A DNA stretch of 64,000 nucleotides, from contig CAYTEH010000002.1 in assembly GCA_964436765.1 (NCBI GenBank), forward strand, positions 9,238-73,237, in the 5' to 3' direction. How positions within the stretch are numbered: position 1 is the stretch's first letter; each line of letters starts with the position of its first letter. Below are positions 34,616 through 44,566 of this stretch, in pieces. Under the pieces are notes generated by a model. It was given only the letters and a program-made list of their open reading frames with translations. It made no database searches and was not told the origin of the DNA. This DNA comes from an uncultured Candidatus Peribacteria bacterium. GTDB taxonomy: Bacteria > Patescibacteriota > Gracilibacteria > Peribacterales > Peribacteraceae. The translations under genes were made by a program, and so were the position numbers.

Positions 34616-37570
34616 ATGAAGCGGACGATCGGGATCATCACAGCCGGGCTCGTGTGCGTGCTCGGGTTACTGCTGTTTCACCGGGCTCTCATGGATTCGG
34701 GGAACGACATGCGCGTGTACCGCGAGATCGGCAGGAATGTGATGGCAGAGGAGCCGTCTTTCAAGAGCGAGTATCCGCCGCTGATGTCGGCAACGTTCAC
34801 ACTGATATCTGTTGAAGACCAGAAAACGTTCACCTGGATCTGGATTGCGCTGCTCGCCGCCTGCGCCGCGGGTATCGCGGTGTTCGGCGCCTGGCGCATG
34901 AAGGACGAAGTGTCCGCCGCCTTCCCGGCCGCGTTCGCGCTCACGATCCTGCTGCTTGGGCCCACTGTGACACTCGCGCGCTTCGATATCCTCATGCTGA
35001 TGGCGCTGTTTCTCGCATGGAGGACCCATGAAAAAGAGCGGCCGGCAGAGAGCGGCTTCTGGTTGGCTATTGCCGTTGCCATCAAACTTGTGCCGATCCT
35101 GTTCCTTCCCCTGTTCCTGGTGCTGTCGCCCAAAGGGCACTGGAAAAGCTTCCTCAAGGGCTTCGTGCTTGGCGGGGTGGCGAGCGTTCTCTTCGCCACA
35201 GCGGTGCTGGGTCCGGGAGGCCTGTACGCGAACACGACATACATGCTCGCGTACCATGCCGAACGGGGGGTCCAGGCAGAAAGCCTGTGGTCCGGGTTGG
35301 TGTTGCTCGGGGGCAAAGTCTTCGGGATGCAGCCGGGTATTATCTTTGATCATGGCGCGTACCACCTGACCGGAGCTCCTGGCTGGCTCAAGTCCCTGGC
35401 ACTTGTGACGACGCTCGTCGGCGTCGCGGTCATCACGTGGATCGCCTGGAAACGCAGGAAAGCGAAACATCCGCTTGCAGCCCTGTGCCTGGCGCTGATC
35501 CTATGGAGCCTCGCCGCGAGTTCGGTGCTCTCGGCGCAATTCCTAGTATGGGTGGTGCCATTCCTGCTTCTCTACTGCTATGAGCGGTGGATGCAGGGCG
35601 ACACGCCCGTCCCGTCGTTTCCGCTCCTCCTCACTGGAACATTGCTCGTGGCACTCCTGACTCAGTGGGTGTACCCCACCCACTATGAAGACGTCCTCGG
35701 CATGAACGACGACGCGCTCCTTATATTGAATATCCGGAACCTGCTTCTGCCCGTGCTTGCGGCGATGCTGCTCTGGCCGAGGCAATCCTCGACGAAACCG
35801 AAGACAGGCCGGAAGCGGTCCATCGCCCTTCCCGTCCTTTCTTTCGCGGCCGCCCTTGTCCTGGTGCCTGTGATGAGCTCGTTCCTGTGGCCGCGGTGGG
35901 AGAATGTCCGGTACTCGTTCGACGGTACGCAGTGGGAACAGGGCGTGCTGCCGCTCAAGCTGGCGGGCCGGCAATCGAACCTGACGGTCGAGATGGATGC
36001 GTACTCGTCGGGCATTCACCCGCGCCGTTACCGCGTGCTGCCCGATGACTGCCTGGAGTCGGTGGAGGTGAACGGCAAGCGGATCACCGCCGACCAGTTC
36101 TGCGATCCGCAGAACGGCCGGGTGGTGCGCGTCGGTTCGGAATTCAAAAAGGGAATCAACCACGTGCGGATGACGGTGCGCGATACCGGCGGCGAGACGG
36201 GTCTTGCGATCGTGATGGATCCCGACGACGTGCTCATGCAGCTCTTCGGGCTCGTGTGGGTGCTGGCGGTGATTGCCGCGGGGTCGTGGCTCATCGTCAC
36301 GGCGGTCCCGAAAGGCAATCTGCGGCTCCTGTACTTCGCGGGCCTGGGTGGCACGGCGCTCCGGTTGCTCTACATGCTCTCCACGCAGTACATACACCGC
36401 GCATACGACTGGGACGGGCACCTCGACTACGTCCGTCACGTGCTCACCCACTGGACCATCCCCCCGGCCGTGAGCGGCTGGGAGATGCACCAGGCGCCGC
36501 TGTACTACTTCCTCACGGCCAGCCTCTACCGGGCCATGACGTTCATCGCCGCGTCCACGAGCCAGTTCTTCATCGGGATGCTCCAGTACGTCTCGTTCCT
36601 GTGCTCCGCGGGCGCGCTCTTCTTCGGCATCTGGACCGTGCGGCGGCTCTTCCCTAAAAAACCGGCGCCGGCGCTGCTCGCGTCGCTCATCATCGCCACG
36701 TTCCCCGGGCTCGTGATGTTCGCGTCGCGCATCTCGAACGACTCGCTCTACCATCTCCTCGCCTTCGCGACGCTCGCGGCCATCGTGCTCTGGTGGCAGC
36801 AGGGGACGCGGAGGAACGCCGCGCTCGTGGGGCTCGCGTTCGCTGCGACGTTCCTCGTGAAAGTGAGCGTCTTCGTGATGGGTCCCGTCATCGGCGCGTG
36901 CCTGCTCCTGCATCCGCGCCTCACATGGAAACAGAAATTCGTGCACGGCGGCATCATGGCCCTCCTCGTCATCGTCCTGGCGGCATGGCTGCCGGCGGTG
37001 CGTTTCATGGAAGAACAGACGCACAGCATCACGAGCTTCGGTCATTCCTCCATCAACCCCGGGTTGCTGATGCCCACCACGGCCGAGTCATTCCTCACCT
37101 TCAACCCGGTCCAGGTCCTGCTCATCCCGTTCAACAACACCTGGGACGATGCCTCGCGCCGCATGTACTTCTGGGAGTTCTTCTACCGTTCCGCGTTCTA
37201 CGGCGAATTCAACATGGGCGATAACCGGCGCGCCCTGAGCCAGGTGATCCTGCTGCTCGGCATGGCCGCGGCCGGGCTGATGTTCTACGGGCTCCTGCGG
37301 GAACTGCGCGCCCGCTGGCGCGAGACGCTGCCCCTGTGGGGAACGCTCGGATTGCTGGTACTCGGGAGCATGACGTTCCGGTTCCTGTTCCGCTGTTCAT
37401 GCGACCAGGATTTCCGCTTCGCGATCGTGGCGGTGGTGCCCATCGCGTACTTCGCCGCGTCATCGGTCGCGTACCTGCCCAAACGGGGCGGGCTGCTCGC
37501 GAAGCACGTGCTGCTCGCGCTGGCGGCGTCGAGCGCGGGGTTGCTGCTCAGCTTCTGGTTGTGGCCGTAG
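34616..37570 (+). CDS. 984-aa polytopic membrane protein: apparent fusion of two GT-C-type modules (DUF2029/GT87-like N-half, PMT_2/ArnT-like C-half) separated by a soluble domain
   Basis: The N-half has YREIG....E......EYPPLMSATF and more than 10 TM helices. Residues about 470-560 are hydrophilic (WENVRYSFDGTQWEQG...VRMTVRDTGGETG). The C-half has HRAYDWDGHLDYVRHV..HWTIPP.....EMHQAPLYYFL plus more than 10 TM helices. ATG 34616 lies inside ORF 34538.. Confidence 0.75.
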   Translation: MKRTIGIITAGLVCVLGLLLFHRALMDSGNDMRVYREIGRNVMAEEPSFKSEYPPLMSATFTLISVEDQKTFTWIWIALLAACAAGIAVFGAWRMKDEVSAAFPAAFALTILLLGPTVTLARFDILMLMALFLAWRTHEKERPAESGFWLAIAVAIKLVPILFLPLFLVLSPKGHWKSFLKGFVLGGVASVLFATAVLGPGGLYANTTYMLAYHAERGVQAESLWSGLVLLGGKVFGMQPGIIFDHGAYHLTGAPGWLKSLALVTTLVGVAVITWIAWKRRKAKHPLAALCLALILWSLAASSVLSAQFLVWVVPFLLLYCYERWMQGDTPVPSFPLLLTGTLLVALLTQWVYPTHYEDVLGMNDDALLILNIRNLLLPVLAAMLLWPRQSSTKPKTGRKRSIALPVLSFAAALVLVPVMSSFLWPRWENVRYSFDGTQWEQGVLPLKLAGRQSNLTVEMDAYSSGIHPRRYRVLPDDCLESVEVNGKRITADQFCDPQNGRVVRVGSEFKKGINHVRMTVRDTGGETGLAIVMDPDDVLMQLFGLVWVLAVIAAGSWLIVTAVPKGNLRLLYFAGLGGTALRLLYMLSTQYIHRAYDWDGHLDYVRHVLTHWTIPPAVSGWEMHQAPLYYFLTASLYRAMTFIAASTSQFFIGMLQYVSFLCSAGALFFGIWTVRRLFPKKPAPALLASLIIATFPGLVMFASRISNDSLYHLLAFATLAAIVLWWQQGTRRNAALVGLAFAATFLVKVSVFVMGPVIGACLLLHPRLTWKQKFVHGGIMALLVIVLAAWLPAVRFMEEQTHSITSFGHSSINPGLLMPTTAESFLTFNPVQVLLIPFNNTWDDASRRMYFWEFFYRSAFYGEFNMGDNRRALSQVILLLGMAAAGLMFYGLLRELRARWRETLPLWGTLGLLVLGSMTFRFLFRCSCDQDFRFAIVAVVPIAYFAASSVAYLPKRGGLLAKHVLLALAASSAGLLLSFWLWP

Positions 37571-37576
37571 GAAAGC

Positions 37577-38929
37577 TTAAATATACACCGGCACCATGAG
37601 GTTCAGCAGCATGAAGGCACACAGCCCGCTGAGGAGTAGTCGTCTGCCCCAGAACGTCTGAAGAAATTTCGAAATCCGTTTCGTCTGGAGCACCTGCGCC
37701 GTCAGGTACGTGGCGCCGAGCGTGGCCGGAGCGATGTACACCCCTTTCACCGGACCCCATCCCGCGAAGGGGCTCTGGTACAGGTACAGGATGAATGACG
37801 CGAGGAACGCGGCGCCGGCGGCGAGGACCGTCCAGCCGAGCGCGCGCCAGTGCCGCTGCGCTTTTTTTCGGAGAGCGAACAGCGCGAGCCCAAGGGGCGT
37901 GAGGCAGGTGGCACCGATGAGCCAGATGCGGCCCACGGTCAGGCTGAGCCCGGGTCCCGTGAAGATCCCCACCCAGAAATCCCACCAGGCGTTCCAGATC
38001 CGCAGTTTGCCGCTGTTGCGCTGCGTGATGCTGGCGCTCAAAAAAAGCGTCCGGAAAAATTCCGCCGGATCGGCGTCGCGCGCGGCTTTTGCCTCCATCT
38101 GGCCACCGCCGTTCATCCAGTTCACGTTATTCGGGAAGTACGTGTGCTCCGTGCTCTGCCTGTACCGCACGTGGTAGTAGGGGAACGCCAGCGCTCCGGC
38201 CACGAGTACGGCGCACAGCAGCGGCGCCCAGGCGCGGGCGATGCGCGTGCGTTCACGCGAGACCGCGAGCGCCGCGAGCGGGATCACCGGCAGCAGGATG
38301 CCCGAGAATTTGGTGAACGGGCCCGCGAGGAGCGTCAGTCCCATGATTGCCCAGAGTGTCGCTCGCTTCCAGCCCCGGCGTTTCTCCGGTTCCCAGAAGA
38401 GCCGGGCCGAGACGTACAGCAGCATCGTCACATAGCACAGGATGAGGACGTCCAGGTTCATCGAGGTCTGGAGGTAGAACTGGATGGGTATGGCCGCGAA
38501 GACGTACAGGAACGCGAGCCCCGCCGGCCGGAGCAGCAGGTTCAGGTGTTTGAGCGTCGCCCTGAGCAGCAGGAACGCCAGCACCGATGCCGCGAACGAG
38601 ACGATCTGCACGGCCTGTACGTCCGTCAGGCCCATCAGGAAAAACGGCTTTGCAAAGAGGAATCCCAGCGGCGGGTGATACGCGTAGAAGAGCGAATGGA
38701 TGTCCATCATCAGGTTGTCCCAGCGGATCTCGCGCACCATTTCGAGGTGCGGTCCCGGGTCGGAGCCCGACATCTGCCCCGCGCGTTCCCATGCGAGCGC
38801 GATCTTTCCCAGCACCAGCAGCATGCAGAGCCACCGTTCGTGGACGGCCGGTATCAGCGTCGTAGCGTCGTGTCTGCTCGTGCGTGCCTGCATCCGGGAA
38901 ACGATACGGAAAATACCGCGCCTGCTCAA
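37577..38929 (-). CDS. GT-C-type (PMT_2/ArnT-like) membrane glycosyltransferase candidate
   Basis: First-loop motif DPGPHLEMVREI......DIHSLFYAYHPPLGFLF, and more than 10 TM helices. Confidence 0.7.
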   Translation of the reverse strand: MSRRGIFRIVSRMQARTSRHDATTLIPAVHERWLCMLLVLGKIALAWERAGQMSGSDPGPHLEMVREIRWDNLMMDIHSLFYAYHPPLGFLFAKPFFLMGLTDVQAVQIVSFAASVLAFLLLRATLKHLNLLLRPAGLAFLYVFAAIPIQFYLQTSMNLDVLILCYVTMLLYVSARLFWEPEKRRGWKRATLWAIMGLTLLAGPFTKFSGILLPVIPLAALAVSRERTRIARAWAPLLCAVLVAGALAFPYYHVRYRQSTEHTYFPNNVNWMNGGGQMEAKAARDADPAEFFRTLFLSASITQRNSGKLRIWNAWWDFWVGIFTGPGLSLTVGRIWLIGATCLTPLGLALFALRKKAQRHWRALGWTVLAAGAAFLASFILYLYQSPFAGWGPVKGVYIAPATLGATYLTAQVLQTKRISKFLQTFWGRRLLLSGLCAFMLLNLMVPVYI

Positions 38930-39016
38930 ACGGATTCACCATCTTCCGGCAAGATTGCAGCACAAGTCCCGGCGCGCGCGACTGTTCTTTGCGCGCGCGT
39001 CCCCTATGATGCGCGC

Positions 39017-40333
39017 ATGCGGAAGCGGTTCCACGGTCCGTTCCAATGGCTCTTCATCGCACTCGGGATGCTGCTGCTCATCGCGCTTCCCCACGCCCTC
39101 CGTTCCGACGGCCTCGAGCGGTACCTGGCGCTCCTCGAATTGATCCGTAACGGCACTTTTTCCGTGACCAAATACTCGATGGTGGGCCCGCTGTTTGCGT
39201 TGCCGCTCTTCGTTCTCGGCAAGCTTGCGGGAAACGAGCAGGGGATCACGTCCAACTTCAACATCCTCGTGCTCCTTGCCGGCATGTGCACGCTGTTCAT
39301 CGCGCTTGCGCGCCGGCTCGCGGTCCCCGAGGTCCGCTCGTTCCTCCTCATCCTGCTGTTCGGTTCCATGATGCCGGTGCACGCGTTGCATTTTTACGGC
39401 GAGATGTTCACCGCGGTCACGGTCGCGGCCGGCACCGCCGCCGCCCTGCTCGCGGGCGCACACTCGGGGTGGGTCTGGACGGTGCTCGGGGCAGCCAACA
39501 CGCCCATGGCACTGGTCGGCTTCGGGTTCCTGGCGCTGCGTCAGGCATGTTCCCTCAAAAAATACCGGTATCTGTTGCTGCCGGCAGCCGCGCTCGGGCT
39601 CATTCTGCTCGAGGCGAAGCTCCGGCGCGGGGGATTTTTGATATCGGGATACGCGGGCGAGCACGGGAAAGAATCGGTGCTCCCGTACACCTCGCGTGCC
39701 GGTTTCGGCTTCCCCTTCGCCGTCGGCTTCCTCTCGCTCACGCTCTCCTTCGGCAAGGGTATCATCTTCTACGCGCCGGGATTGCTCGCTGTGCCTGCGT
39801 TCCTGCGCTCGTCCGCCGATGCCGCCGTCCGGCATCTGCTCGAACTCTGGCTCTGGTTTTTGCTCGGGATCCTGCTCGTGGCCTCCACGTGGTACAGCTG
39901 GCAGGGAGGGTGGTTCTGGGGCCCGCGTTTTTTGATGTTCGCGAGTTTTCCCGCATCGCTCGCGCTCGCATGGCAGGTGCACCGGGCCCGGACGTTCCCC
40001 GCGTGCGTCATCACGCTGCTGCTCCTCGCGCTCAGTTTCTGGGTGGGCTTCTCGGGGCTTGTCTTCAACCAGCGTGATATGGCCCTGTGCTTGCAGGACA
40101 ACGCGCGGCTGGAGCCGCTCTGCTGGTACACGCCGGAATATAGCGCGCTGTGGCGTCCGTTCGTCACGGGCAAGATCTACGGGATGAACATGTTTGAGAC
40201 GGGCATCGCGCTCGTGTGGCTGGGCGCATTCCTCTGCACCGCATGGCCGCTTTTTGTGCAGCTCAGCACGCTGCTGCCGGGCAGGTGGGCGAACATCCGG
40301 GCAACGCTCCGTCCGTCGCACTGGCGTTTCTGA
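39017..40333 (+). CDS. Polytopic membrane protein, possible GT-C-fold enzyme
   Basis: 438 aa, more than 10 TM helices, early loop SDGLERYLAL and a WGPRFLMF motif. The real start is at ATG 39017, because the upstream part of ORF 37850.. is antisense to the preceding gene. Confidence 0.65.
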   Translation: MRKRFHGPFQWLFIALGMLLLIALPHALRSDGLERYLALLELIRNGTFSVTKYSMVGPLFALPLFVLGKLAGNEQGITSNFNILVLLAGMCTLFIALARRLAVPEVRSFLLILLFGSMMPVHALHFYGEMFTAVTVAAGTAAALLAGAHSGWVWTVLGAANTPMALVGFGFLALRQACSLKKYRYLLLPAAALGLILLEAKLRRGGFLISGYAGEHGKESVLPYTSRAGFGFPFAVGFLSLTLSFGKGIIFYAPGLLAVPAFLRSSADAAVRHLLELWLWFLLGILLVASTWYSWQGGWFWGPRFLMFASFPASLALAWQVHRARTFPACVITLLLLALSFWVGFSGLVFNQRDMALCLQDNARLEPLCWYTPEYSALWRPFVTGKIYGMNMFETGIALVWLGAFLCTAWPLFVQLSTLLPGRWANIRATLRPSHWRF

Positions 40334-40339
40334 GCTGCC

Positions 40340-41368
40340 TTACGACAGGTATTTGAGAATGCGGATGACGCCCATCTTCGCCGCCTGCTTGTGGGCCGAG
40401 ACGCCGGTGCGGTGCTCGATCTCGTTGCGGTGCGTGTGGTAGTACTCGTACGCCTTCGCCATCATTTCTTCGTTGGTGAGTGTCGGGGCCCATCCCAGCT
40501 TCGCCTGTATTTTTTGTGTATCGAACACGAAATCCTCCGCGATCATCTTGTACTGGTACGGCCCGAGCGGCGAGAGTTTCAGCGCGTAGGCCAGCTTCAT
40601 CGCCGGGATCGCTATCCATCGCGGGAAGTTCGCGACACGTGCCTTTGTCCCCGCTTTGTCGATCATGTACTGGTACACGTCCCTGAACGATTTCACATGA
40701 TCGGAGCCGATGTTGAATACGTCGGTTGCGGGGTACGTAAGAGCGCGAATGCACGCATCGATCAGGTCTCCGGCATAGATGAACTGGTAGGTGTTCCTGC
40801 CGCCTCCCACCACCCACACCCTGCGACCCTCGTCGATGAACTCGAACAGGATCGAGAGCAGGCCGAGCCTCCCGGCGTCGATGATCGTGGGGCAGCGGAA
40901 GATGATCGAATGGAATTCCGTGTGGCCCAGCAGGATCTTCTCGCCTTCCCATTTGCTGCGCCCGTAGATCTCCACCGGTTCGGGCGCGTCCTCCTCCGTC
41001 ACCGGGCGGCCGAAGTTTTTGCCCCACAGGCAGTTGCTGGAGGTGAAGACCACTTTTTTGACGCCGAATTCGGCCGCGCAATCGGCCACGACCGCAGTCC
41101 CGTCCACGTTCGAGGTCCAGAGCATCTCTGTATCCTTCACCGCGTGGGCGAGCATGGCGGCGCAGTGCATCACGGCATCGAAGCGGTGCTCGCGGAAGAG
41201 GCTGCGCATCCGTTCGCGGTCCCGGATGTCGCCCCGGATGCAGGTACAGCCCGCCGGGTCTTCGTCCTGTTCGAGGTCTATGCTCACGCACGCATGGCCG
41301 CGCTTGATGAGCTCCCGCTTGAGCAGCGAGCCGAAAAATCCGGCGCCTCCGGTGACGAGGATGACCAT
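40340..41368 (-). CDS. NAD-dependent epimerase/dehydratase (extended SDR)
   Basis: MVILVTGGAGFFGS Rossmann motif and a YxxxK region (YGRSKWEGE). Confidence 0.9.
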   Translation of the reverse strand: MVILVTGGAGFFGSLLKRELIKRGHACVSIDLEQDEDPAGCTCIRGDIRDRERMRSLFREHRFDAVMHCAAMLAHAVKDTEMLWTSNVDGTAVVADCAAEFGVKKVVFTSSNCLWGKNFGRPVTEEDAPEPVEIYGRSKWEGEKILLGHTEFHSIIFRCPTIIDAGRLGLLSILFEFIDEGRRVWVVGGGRNTYQFIYAGDLIDACIRALTYPATDVFNIGSDHVKSFRDVYQYMIDKAGTKARVANFPRWIAIPAMKLAYALKLSPLGPYQYKMIAEDFVFDTQKIQAKLGWAPTLTNEEMMAKAYEYYHTHRNEIEHRTGVSAHKQAAKMGVIRILKYLS

Positions 41369-41424
41369 GGAGGAATGGTAGCAGACTCACCGGGTCCATT
41401 CTTCCAGAATGCGATGGAGCGAGC

Positions 41425-42735
41425 TCAGGCCCGGACGCTGTATTCTTTGGGGTCGTACACCGCAAACAGGGTCAGCAGCATGCCGCCAGCAAGGTAGTAG
41501 AAATTACAGAAAGCATGCGAGCCCAGTACAAGAATTGAAAACAGCGTGAGTACGCACGCGCTTACAAAACCAGGGAGACCCGCCCGTCGAAAACGCAGAG
41601 TCAATGCTATCGCGGCGGCGGCGCCGATGAAAAGCATGGCATGCGTCCCGGTTTCGCCGATATACGGATGCAGAAACGAGCCCAGGCTGAGGCTATCGGT
41701 GCGCAGCCATGTGTTCTGTCCGAACAAGATGCCGTTGTTCCAGAGTGATTCCATGTCCCAGAGCGCGAACGGTATGAGCGTCAGGAGGCCTGCAATGGCG
41801 ACCATCAGCCATCGCCAGGGACGTTTTTCCACAATGACGTACGGCAGCAGAAGCAGCAGGACGGATTGCTTGGAGGCAAGGAACCAGCCGTACGTGACTG
41901 CGGCGAGCATTTTCTTCGATCGCTGGAGAAGCAGCAGCGTCAGTGAAAATGCTCCAAGCATCATCGGCTCCATCCATCCCTGCTCCAGTACGAACATGCC
42001 TCGAGGGTGATAGAGGAATAGCAGCAACAACAAGAACGCTTTGTCCGCCGGCCAACGTGTTTTACGGAGCTGTATCCATAGAATCCACACGAAGAGGAAT
42101 TCGGCTGCGATGAGGGCGTAGCGGATGTCTCCGAACAACACGTACCCGACGAACTGCGGATAGAGCGATGCCGGAGGATAGGCGTAGTGTTCCACCGTGC
42201 GGAACGAGCCATGATAAATGTCGTTCATCGGGGCGGTATACGGATTGTTGCCGAGCCGCATGTGCTCCGCCGATTGCTGGCTGAGCGAATGAACGTCTAC
42301 GAGGGGTTCCGGTGATGCGATGGGAATGAACAGGCGGAGCGCCAGCGCGGTTACTGTTGCCAGCCCGAGGAGCCCCGAGCGAATCTTTGGGAACAGGGCG
42401 ATGCTTTGCAGGAGGGTGATGCACAGCACAACTGCGTTTGTTGCATGTACGGCGGTTTCGAACCACGAGGAGGCGGGATACAGAAGCGGTGAGGATGTAT
42501 ATTGGAGCGTCAGCAGTACACTTGCGCCCGCAACCAAAGCGGTGATCGACGGAACAAGGGAGTTCGGTTTTTTCTTCAGTGCCGGCAGGGCGATGAGCAC
42601 ACAGGCGATCAGGACATAGGCGATTGCCACCAAAAAAAACGCGCGTGGCGTATACATGCCTTCATGAAGATTCAAGCCCCACGCCAGAAGCACGTACGAC
42701 AAGACTAGGATGTCTCCCATGGGCATGCAGCGCAC
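41425..42735 (-). CDS. DUF2029/GT87-like polytopic membrane protein (putative mannosyltransferase)
   Basis: 436 aa, more than 10 TM helices, loop NPYTAPMNDIYHGSFRTVEHYAYPPASLYP typical of the GT87-type family. Confidence 0.65.
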   Translation of the reverse strand: MRCMPMGDILVLSYVLLAWGLNLHEGMYTPRAFFLVAIAYVLIACVLIALPALKKKPNSLVPSITALVAGASVLLTLQYTSSPLLYPASSWFETAVHATNAVVLCITLLQSIALFPKIRSGLLGLATVTALALRLFIPIASPEPLVDVHSLSQQSAEHMRLGNNPYTAPMNDIYHGSFRTVEHYAYPPASLYPQFVGYVLFGDIRYALIAAEFLFVWILWIQLRKTRWPADKAFLLLLLFLYHPRGMFVLEQGWMEPMMLGAFSLTLLLLQRSKKMLAAVTYGWFLASKQSVLLLLLPYVIVEKRPWRWLMVAIAGLLTLIPFALWDMESLWNNGILFGQNTWLRTDSLSLGSFLHPYIGETGTHAMLFIGAAAAIALTLRFRRAGLPGFVSACVLTLFSILVLGSHAFCNFYYLAGGMLLTLFAVYDPKEYSVRA

Positions 42736-42780
42736 TGTACAAGAACCAGTTGCGGAAGAATAGGGAGGTGTTCCTCTCGC

Positions 42781-44499
42781 TTATTTCCCCGGTTCCCGGA
42801 ACGGGACCACGAGCGGGTCGCCCTTGTCGCAGTTGACGCAGTGCAGGTCCCAGAGCGGCAGAATCGCGCGGCGGGCGACCTGGGCGTCGGTGAGGGGTTC
42901 GTAGTACGTGAGCGGCCGGTAGTACTGGAAGCCCGCGAACACCAGGAACGCGAGCAGCATGAGGCCGAACGTGCGGCGCTGCTCCGTCACCTTCCACTTG
43001 CCGACGACGCCGATGTTATCGATGACGATGGCCAGCACGAAGAAGCTGAGCATGAGCGGCAGGAAGTAGTGATACAGGTACAGCACGCGGCCGATCTGCG
43101 AGACCGCGATGCAGAAGCTCAGGTAGATGCCGAAGAAGACCGCGAGAAGCCCGAGGTTGCGGAACGGTTCGCGCGTCGGGAAGAACGCGCGCGCGAAGAA
43201 GATGCCTGCGGCCATAAGAAGCCCCAGCAGCGCCGTCCACCAGATGACGGGGTTGGCCTGGAGGTAGAGGTAGCTGTAGGTCTGCGATTCCGGCGGCTCG
43301 CCCGCGGCGAGTCCCGGCGTCGCCCAGCGGTAGTTGATGGAGCGTGCACCGAGCGGCCAGAAGAACCACGGGCTGCCGTTCTCGTCCGTCTTGCACAAGT
43401 CGAGGCGCGGCGCGCCGGCGTTGTAGAACGTGACGTACTTGAGCGAGTCGCGCAGCATGTAGGGGAACGCGCCCAGGCTCGCGGTGGTTCCTTTGTCCAG
43501 GTAGTCCTTATATTCGACGGAGGCCTGGTAGTAGCCCTGATCCGGGAGCGAGGGGTTGATGACGCGGCCGCTCGAAAAATGCACGTACCACACGGAACAG
43601 TAGACGAGGAGGAAGGCGGGGATCATCGTCAGGAGCAGGACCGGGATCGCGCGTGAGCGGGGGATGAATTTCCAGAGCGCCCAGATCCCGCCTGCGATCG
43701 CCGCGAGCGAGAGCAGCGCCATGAGCCACAGGTTGGCAATCAATCCCACGAATGCCAGGAGCAGCACGAACGTTCCGGCCGAGATGATGAAGAGTTTCAG
43801 GAAGTCGCGGCGCGTGGCGAGGAGCCTCAGCGCCAGCGCCGGCACGAGCAGGATGAGCGCGAGCCCGAGTACTTTGGTGGTGACGAGCGCGGCGAATGAG
43901 GCGCCGAACAGCGCCGACCACCAGATGAATTTCTTCTTCGATTCCTCATGCCACAGCAGCAGGAACGCGAGGATGTTGAGCGCGCAGAAAAAGAGGAACG
44001 GCCCCTCGAGCATCGCGCCGCGGTGGTGGACGATGAGCGCGTTATCGAAGATATAGAGGAAGCTCAGGAGCGTCGCATTGAGCGGGTTACGCCGGCTTAA
44101 GAGGTAGAAGATGCCGAACACCACCGGCGCTGTGAACCAGGCGAGCATCGCGGGGAACAGGCGGTAGCCCGCGAACGAGAAGCCCTCCGGGAAATTGGTG
44201 GCGTAGTCGGTCCCAAGGTACTGGTTACTCTGCGCATTGGGGCGGAGCAGCGCCTCTCCCGCCGCGATGAGGAGCTTGCCCAGGGGCGGGTGCTGTTCCA
44301 TGAAATACGTGCCGTGCAGGTACTTCTGCGCGCTTGCGATATGGTAGTTCTCGTCCCAGTAGACGTAGGGCGGGTAGGTGTACCGGTGGAAGTAGGTGAA
44401 GTACGAAATAAGCAGCACGAAGCCCAGAAAAGCCCATGTGTGCCAGGGTTTCGAGACGATTGGTTTCTGGGAGGAGGGGGTCATAGTCGGTGGGATCAT
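42781..44499 (-). CDS. Dolichyl/polyprenyl-phosphate-mannose protein O-mannosyltransferase (GT39, PMT family)
   Basis: YVYWDENYHIASAQKYL.GTYFMEQHPPLGKLLIA is the loop-1 DE motif region of PMTs. More than 10 TM helices. Start uncertain: 44535, 44499 or 44484. Confidence 0.85.
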   Translation of the reverse strand: MIPPTMTPSSQKPIVSKPWHTWAFLGFVLLISYFTYFHRYTYPPYVYWDENYHIASAQKYLHGTYFMEQHPPLGKLLIAAGEALLRPNAQSNQYLGTDYATNFPEGFSFAGYRLFPAMLAWFTAPVVFGIFYLLSRRNPLNATLLSFLYIFDNALIVHHRGAMLEGPFLFFCALNILAFLLLWHEESKKKFIWWSALFGASFAALVTTKVLGLALILLVPALALRLLATRRDFLKLFIISAGTFVLLLAFVGLIANLWLMALLSLAAIAGGIWALWKFIPRSRAIPVLLLTMIPAFLLVYCSVWYVHFSSGRVINPSLPDQGYYQASVEYKDYLDKGTTASLGAFPYMLRDSLKYVTFYNAGAPRLDLCKTDENGSPWFFWPLGARSINYRWATPGLAAGEPPESQTYSYLYLQANPVIWWTALLGLLMAAGIFFARAFFPTREPFRNLGLLAVFFGIYLSFCIAVSQIGRVLYLYHYFLPLMLSFFVLAIVIDNIGVVGKWKVTEQRRTFGLMLLAFLVFAGFQYYRPLTYYEPLTDAQVARRAILPLWDLHCVNCDKGDPLVVPFREPGK

Positions 44500-44566
44500 A
44501 CCTTTCTCAATTTTGTTAAGACAGTTTATTCTCATCTGTCATACACAATGATATCCTTCCGCACAC

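Noticed and set aside
37850-39016. N-terminal 389 aa of the 827-aa plus-strand ORF 37850..40333
   Set aside because: This part is antisense to the GT-C gene 37577..38929 and is R/P/E-rich. A membrane-protein-like sequence begins only at ATG 39017.
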